A DNA stretch of 64,000 nucleotides from the NCBI GenBank assembly GCA_963768055.1, contig CAVYGN010000001.1, forward strand, positions 1,736,867 to 1,800,866, written 5' to 3'. Shown here one piece after another: positions 58,488 through 64,000 of this stretch. This stretch comes from an uncultured Spirochaetota bacterium (lineage in GTDB: Bacteria; Spirochaetota; Brevinematia; Brevinematales; JAOACQ01). How positions within the stretch are numbered: position 1 is the first letter of the stretch; each line of letters begins with the position of its first letter. The position numbers were made by a program, and so were the translations under genes. The notes below the pieces were generated by a model that saw only the letters and a list, made by a program, of their open reading frames with translations, had not been told where the DNA came from and did not search any database.

Positions 58488-58514
58488 GGTCCCGCTTTTA
58501 TTCAAAGCGGGGCC
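58488..58514 (-). terminator. Probable intrinsic terminator
   Basis: GGCCCCGCTTT-GAATA-AAAGCGGGACC stem followed by TGTATTT on the minus strand. Confidence 0.6.
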
Positions 58515-58549
58515 TTTTATAGGGGGAGTGTATGAGAAAGTTTCCAGTT

Positions 58550-59116
58550 TCATTCAATATCTATACTTACCCTGCAATTTTTACGATCAGCTGGATCTAT
58601 TCCTGGCAGTGGGATTGATGATCCATAGAATTTGATCTTGAATTTCGAAGCATCCCAATCTGTATTTTTAAGCATATAATCAAGCACTGTCTGTGCCCGG
58701 TTTTTTGATAGGGCAATGTTCCCAATAAAGTCCTTGCTTGGCTCTTCCGTGCTGGTTTTCGAAGCATAACCATTTACAATTACAATCTTGCCGGAAGGCA
58801 TCATTTTTATAACCTTATCCAGAGCCGGGATCAAGGATTTTTTCATAAAACTTTCAATACTCTGATTTTTAATATAGTAACCGGAATCATCAAGTTTCAA
58901 GTCTGATGATCTGAGACTGAAAGGAATATCCATCCTTATATTTGTAAATTCAGTATAAGCTGTATCGAAATTATCTCCTGAATCTATATTGGTTACAACA
59001 GGGGATGAATTTGTTACCACTGGGGATGCAACCGGAGTTGTTTGTTTGACATTTCCTGAACATGATACCAAAGCAGCAATTAAGATGATTGGCAATACTC
59101 CAATACTAAACTTCAT
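58550..59116 (-). CDS. OmpA-like peptidoglycan-binding lipoprotein
   Basis: Lipobox LVSC; VNGYAS, NIALSKNRA and NCRV motifs. Confidence 0.8.
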   Translation of the reverse strand: MKFSIGVLPIILIAALVSCSGNVKQTTPVASPVVTNSSPVVTNIDSGDNFDTAYTEFTNIRMDIPFSLRSSDLKLDDSGYYIKNQSIESFMKKSLIPALDKVIKMMPSGKIVIVNGYASKTSTEEPSKDFIGNIALSKNRAQTVLDYMLKNTDWDASKFKIKFYGSSIPLPGIDPADRKNCRVSIDIE

Positions 59117-59456
59117 ATATTCCTCCTAAAATTTTACTCAAATTGTTTTTTTATCAAATAAAGTATACCTGCTATCCCGATAGCAAAAAATATCAAATCC
59201 GGTTAAAATTAAATCCCTGAAAAAAAATGCAAAAGACAAGCAGCCGAAAGAGAAAATAAAGAGCAGTATTTTTATCAACATATGAGCCTACTTTTTATTT
59301 AAATTTATTTAATAAAGCAATAATATTTTACCAGTAATCCCGGACTTTAAAATCAGGAAATCTCACTGAATCTATTAAAACATACTCAGGAATTTTCACT
59401 GATTTAATGAAAAAGCATAAGTGTATCACTGATCGTTCTTGCAAATGTGAGAGATA

Positions 59457-59505
59457 TTGACATTAAATACTGATTTGCTTATTATTAATACAGATTGTAT
59501 TAATA
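59457..59505 (+). promoter_or_regulatory. Sigma70 promoter overlapped by a perfect palindrome (putative TetR operator)
   Basis: TTGACA-17-TATTAT (59457-59485); TATTAATACA-gat-TGTATTAATA (59483-59505). Confidence 0.7.
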
Positions 59506-59533
59506 TATTCATATTACCCAAAAGGGGGGTTTA

Positions 59534-60754
59534 ATGAAATATCTTTTGAGACTCTCTCTAATCAATATTCTTCGCCAGAAACGGAGGACAGTATTGACAG
59601 TTTCTGTAATAGCCTTGGGAATGGCAATGTTCATTTCATTTTCCGGACTTATACGAGGGGTGCAGGACAAGCAGAAGGAAAACCTTATAGGCTTTGAAAC
59701 ATCGCACCTCAAGATCCGGAGCGGAAGCTTTGATGAGACGAAGCCTTACTCGACAAGCAATTTTATTACAAATTACAGGGAGATTGAAAATATCCTGAAG
59801 ACTAAAAAATATATAATGTCTTGCACCGAAAGGATTTCTTTTACCGCTGATCTGGATAATGGCGTCGATGCCGTCCCGGTGGTAGCCGTCGGGGTAAACT
59901 TGCAGAAAGACCCTTCCGTATTTTCATTAACCAATTTCTTCATTGCAGGCGGCTTAAAAACCGGAGGGATCGTACTCGGAAAGTCTCTCGCCGACGATAT
60001 GAAGATCGGGATTGGAGACCAGGCTTATATCACATTTCATAACGGACAGGGCGTTATAGATTCAATAGGGTTCCAGGTAACCGGAATAGTGCAGGCGGTG
60101 GATCCGCAGGTCAATAATTCAACGGTTTATATCGATATCAATGACGCGAAAAAAGCTCTTAACATAGATAGCGTAATGGAAATTGCCGTTATTACACCGG
60201 ATATTCATAAAACTGATCAGTACGGTAAAGAGCTGCAAAAAACCTTCCCTGAAGAAAAAGTATATACCTGGTATAAACTCGGAGAATATTATCTGAAATT
60301 CGCTCAGGCCGACGCAACCAGCGCATATTTCTTCATCTTCTTTATGGCCATTATAGCGGTTGTAGGCATTATCAATACCATGCTCCTGTCCGTTTATGAA
60401 AAAAAGAAGGAGATCGGCATGCTTAAAGCGCTGGGGATGACCGACCCGGCGATAGAATTTCTCTTCGTCCTTGAAGGCTTCTGGATCGGATTCTGGGGCT
60501 GCTTGATCGGACTGATTATAGGATGCGCCGTTAATCTGTATTTTGCCAATGTCGGTTTCAATTTAACCATAGCTACAGCGAACACTAAAGGAAACCTCGG
60601 TTACGACCTTATGGGTATTGTTAAAGCCGAATGGGATCTCCCTGTAATGATGTCCGGATTCATCGCCGGGATATTAATCAGCAGTATTGCAAGTTTGTAT
60701 CCCGCAAGGAAAACCGTTAAACTGCAGCCTGCCGAAAGCCTCAGGAACATTTGA
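59534..60754 (+). CDS. FtsX/LolE-MacB-type ABC permease
   Basis: NILRQKRRT, GIINTMLLSVYEKKKEIGMLKALG and SLYPARK motifs. Confidence 0.92.
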   Translation: MKYLLRLSLINILRQKRRTVLTVSVIALGMAMFISFSGLIRGVQDKQKENLIGFETSHLKIRSGSFDETKPYSTSNFITNYREIENILKTKKYIMSCTERISFTADLDNGVDAVPVVAVGVNLQKDPSVFSLTNFFIAGGLKTGGIVLGKSLADDMKIGIGDQAYITFHNGQGVIDSIGFQVTGIVQAVDPQVNNSTVYIDINDAKKALNIDSVMEIAVITPDIHKTDQYGKELQKTFPEEKVYTWYKLGEYYLKFAQADATSAYFFIFFMAIIAVVGIINTMLLSVYEKKKEIGMLKALGMTDPAIEFLFVLEGFWIGFWGCLIGLIIGCAVNLYFANVGFNLTIATANTKGNLGYDLMGIVKAEWDLPVMMSGFIAGILISSIASLYPARKTVKLQPAESLRNI

Positions 60755-60763
60755 GGAGGTGCT

Positions 60764-61972
60764 ATGAATTTATTAGTCTTTGCATTCAGGAATGTTTTTC
60801 GCAATAAAAAAAGATCTTTTCTCACGGGCCTATCGATTTTTATAGCTGCCATAATAGCCGCTTCTTCAGACGGCTGGGTGCATGGGGTGATGGATAATAT
60901 CTGGAACAGTTATGTAAAATACCAGACCGGGGATGTCAGGATAGTCACCGGCGGATTCTATAAGAGGGAACGTTTTCTTCCGGTAGACGAGCTGATCGAA
61001 AAGCCGGAAATGCTCGAGAAAAAAATATCAAAAATCCCGGAAGTCGCTTCAATAGAGCAAAGGATGCGATTTGGAATCCTTCTGGCGAAAGGGGACCAGA
61101 CTATCGCCGCTGTCGGAGAGGGAATTGAACTTAAAAACAGCAGGCTGGACCTGAAGCGTTTTATCATCAAGGGGGATATTGTAGCCCATGGGATTTATAT
61201 CGGGGATATACTTGCCGGCAACTTGAATGTGAAAATGGGAGAGAAGCTTCTTCTAGCCACTAAAACAAGCGAAGGAGGACTTAACGGAATAAAGCTTCCC
61301 ATTGCAGGAATTTTTCATTTCGGAGTAACGGAAATGGACAGGGACTTTTTCTTTGTCGATATAAGCGACACAAGAAAGCTCCTAAAGACCGGCGACGAAG
61401 TTTCAGAAATTTATGTCTTCACAAAAAAGAATGAATATTCGGATAAAGCGGCGGACCAGATCCGGAAAATCATTCCCGCCGGTTACCTGGCGCTTTCTTA
61501 CCCGCAACAGCTTGGTAGCTTTTATGAAGTCCTTAAGCTGACTGAAAACATAATGATCTTCTTCGAAGCATTGATACTGTTCCTTGCTTCTTTCGTTATC
61601 ATCAACACTATGATGATGGCAGTCTTCGAAAGGATGGTTGAAATAGGTACTTTAAAAGCGCTTGGGATGACTGATAGGGAGCTGTTTATCAACTTTGTTT
61701 TCGAAGGGGGAATCATCGGCACAATCGGGGGTATAGCCGGGGGAAGCACGGGATATGTACTGGTCCTGATATTCAGCATAACAGGCCTGGATATCTCGGC
61801 CCTGATGGATAAAGTCGATATTCCACTGGATAATATGATATTTCCTTCCGCAAATATATTCGTGCTGGTTTTTACTATTATCCTTTCCGTAATAATTTCC
61901 TCCCTTGCTTCTATGATTCCAGCTTACAGGGCAAGGAAGCTGACCCCGTCCGATGCATTGAAGAAAATTTGA
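60764..61972 (+). CDS. FtsX/LolE-MacB-type ABC permease
   Basis: RNVFRNKKRS, INTMMMAVFERMVEIGTLKALG and IPAYRA motifs. Confidence 0.92.
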   Translation: MNLLVFAFRNVFRNKKRSFLTGLSIFIAAIIAASSDGWVHGVMDNIWNSYVKYQTGDVRIVTGGFYKRERFLPVDELIEKPEMLEKKISKIPEVASIEQRMRFGILLAKGDQTIAAVGEGIELKNSRLDLKRFIIKGDIVAHGIYIGDILAGNLNVKMGEKLLLATKTSEGGLNGIKLPIAGIFHFGVTEMDRDFFFVDISDTRKLLKTGDEVSEIYVFTKKNEYSDKAADQIRKIIPAGYLALSYPQQLGSFYEVLKLTENIMIFFEALILFLASFVIINTMMMAVFERMVEIGTLKALGMTDRELFINFVFEGGIIGTIGGIAGGSTGYVLVLIFSITGLDISALMDKVDIPLDNMIFPSANIFVLVFTIILSVIISSLASMIPAYRARKLTPSDALKKI

Positions 61973-61986
61973 CATAGAGAGAAAAT

Positions 61987-62616
61987 ATGGAAAATCAAAA
62001 AAAAGACAGGGAAATTACTAAAACCGAAATCCGCAACGCGGCGATGGAAATAATCGGGAAAGAAGGTTTTGAAGGAATAACAGCCAGAAAAGTCGGGAAA
62101 TTCCTTGGGCTGAAAAACATCAGCCTGGTAAACTACTATTTCAGTACAAAGGAGAATTTGATCCTGGAAACCATTAAAAACAATTATTTTAATGTTATGA
62201 GCGAAGTTTACGAATCGATGGACGATGTTAAAAATCCTGTCGATAAACTTATTGCCCTGTTTGACAAGATGCTGGAAATTTTCTGGCATTATCCTGCGTT
62301 GATTGGTTTATTTTATTTCGATGAAATAAAAGTTAAAGGGATGATCAGGGATGATTCTATCAGGGAGCTTGTGAAATTGCAAAGCAAAATCGTGTCAAGA
62401 AACCTGAAAGTTCTAAGGCAGATTTTAGCCGATGCAAATGAAGAAGAAGTTTATCTGAGGCTTTTTCAATTAAGGGGGACTATCATGTATCCTCCACTGG
62501 CTAAGGATACGATACCCTATTTTAAAGAATTCTTTAATGACCCTGTCAAAAGGAAAACATATGTCCAAACTGTTGTAATAGCAATTTGCTCAAACATTAA
62601 AAAGGAGAAAAACTGA
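61987..62616 (+). CDS. TetR/AcrR-family regulator
   Basis: GFEGITARKV...SLVNYYFSTKENL HTH. Confidence 0.92.
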   Translation: MENQKKDREITKTEIRNAAMEIIGKEGFEGITARKVGKFLGLKNISLVNYYFSTKENLILETIKNNYFNVMSEVYESMDDVKNPVDKLIALFDKMLEIFWHYPALIGLFYFDEIKVKGMIRDDSIRELVKLQSKIVSRNLKVLRQILADANEEEVYLRLFQLRGTIMYPPLAKDTIPYFKEFFNDPVKRKTYVQTVVIAICSNIKKEKN

Positions 62617-62619
62617 TCC

Positions 62620-63988
62620 ATGAAAATAAGGATTTCAGAACAGACGGTTTTGTTTGTCAGTATAATAAAATGGCTGTTTCTTTCCACTGTGATAGGCGTA
62701 ATTGTCGGATTATCAACAACCGGATTTTTAAAACTTCTTAACTTGAGCATTGAAACAATATATAAATTTCCCTACACTTTTCTCTTTCTGCCTTTAGCAT
62801 TTTTCCTGAGCGCCCTTGTTGTAAAATACCTGGCTCCCGATGCCGAAGGACATGGTACTGAAAAGGTTATTGAAGCTGTTCATAAAAATTCAGGCAGGAT
62901 CAAGGCGGCTGTTATACCTGTAAAATTGGTGGCAACAATCATTACTCTGGCCGCGGGAGGTTCCGCCGGCAAGGAAGGGCCAAGTGCCCAGATCGGCGCA
63001 GGCCTCGCATCGATATTTGCCGATATTTTCAAGTTTGACGATGCCGAGAGGAAAAAACTGGTCATATGCGGAATCAGCGCCGGTTTCGCAGCTGTTTTCG
63101 GGACTCCTATAGCCGGGGCCATATTCGGTATCGAGGTCTTATTCGTAGGAAGCATCCTTTACGATGTACTTCTCCCGTCCTTCATGGCCGGGATTATAAG
63201 CTATGAGATTTCATCCGCACTTGGAGTTACTTATTTTCATAATCCTTTGAATTTTATTCCCGATTTCAGCAGTCTTTTCTTTATAAAAGTTCTTGCCGCC
63301 GGTATTTTCTTCGGATTATGCTCCTTTTTGCTTATTGAAATGATGATCCTCGGCAGGAATATTTCCGGAAGGCTCAATAAAATATGGCCGCCATTAAAAG
63401 GCCTGATCGGGGGCTCTGTCCTCGTATTTTTTACTTTCCTGCTTTCCGGGAAATACCTCGGGCTCGGCCTGGATACCATCCAGTCTTGCCTTCAGGGGGA
63501 TCCTGTCAATTGGTACGACTTTTTGATGAAATCGGTATTTACTAGTATAACCCTTAACTTCGGTGGGAGCGGTGGAATAATAACTCCGGTCTTTTTATGT
63601 AGGCTCGACAGCTGGGGCTTTTTACGCAGGTTTATTCAAATTAAGCATCCCGACATTCGCCGCTTTAGGATTCGTTAGTCTCCTGGCAGGAGCCGCCAAT
63701 ACGCCCATAGCGGCCAGCATCATGGCTGTTGAACTTTTCGGTCCGAAAATAGCCCCGTATGCCGCTATGTCCTGTGTTATCAGTTTTCTGCTGACAGGGC
63801 ATCGAAGCGTTTACCCGTCCCAGGTGCTTTCGATAAAAAAGTCTTCTCTTCTGGAGGTTGAGCTCGGAAAAGAAATTGAGAATACCGAGGCTATTTACGA
63901 CCGTAAGAAAAATAAATTCAGGAAAGCGATGGCGATGTTCTGGGAAATAGAAAGAGCCATTGAAAAAGAGGAAAGGGACCAGAGATAA
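62620..63988 (+). pseudogene. CLC-family (EriC) chloride/anion transporter with a frameshift at the T5 run 63592-63596
   Basis: GHGTE, GSAGKEGP, FGTPIAG and GGIITP motifs. Removing one T gives PVFYVGSTAG...AGAANTPIAASIMAVELFG, joining ORF 63722-63988. Confidence 0.85.
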
Positions 63989-64000
63989 CTATTTACCGAT

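Noticed and set aside
62560..62620. Fluoride riboswitch before the CLC gene
   Set aside because: The CLC gene starts 3 nt after tetR, leaving no leader, and CLC-F signature motifs are absent.
357..63479. Numerous 60-180 aa ORFs overlapping or antisense to assigned genes
   Set aside because: Shadow ORFs of well-supported genes, without RBS or motifs.

Overview
Bacterial chromosomal window with about 65 genes, probably from a free-living diderm of the Spirochaetota. That assignment is inferred from a Borrelia P13-like domain, CsgG/TolB-like secreted proteins, many lipoprotein signal peptides and a spirochaete-style attC-like repeat. Housekeeping anchors are glpK within a monoacylglycerol-lipase/glycerol operon, recN-nadK, nadA, aroK, topA and lsrF. 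No rRNA, complete tRNA, CRISPR array, integrase or transposase was seen. There are two best candidates for an under-described system. (1) At 35.6-38.5 kb, an operon couples a membrane class III nucleotide cyclase with an extracytoplasmic CxxCH heme-c motif to its own System II (ResB-like + CcsA) heme-attachment machinery. (2) At 41.3-50.4 kb, a divergent cluster encodes a YnjBCD-type ABC importer, an atypical APH/choline-kinase-fold kinase, a fused TIGR04283-TIGR04282 transferase, a DedA/TVP38 protein and a disulfide oxidoreductase. It reads like an import-phosphorylate-activate-transfer-flip pathway. Other observations include unannotated small ORFs (one a 31-aa two-His peptide copying the last helix of its neighbour), a 137-bp MITE-like element, a solo attC-like site in an AT-rich cargo region, a rod-like ncRNA candidate, an ankyrin triplication and many gene lesions (decay or assembly error). 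All family assignments come from motif recognition by eye; no searches were run.
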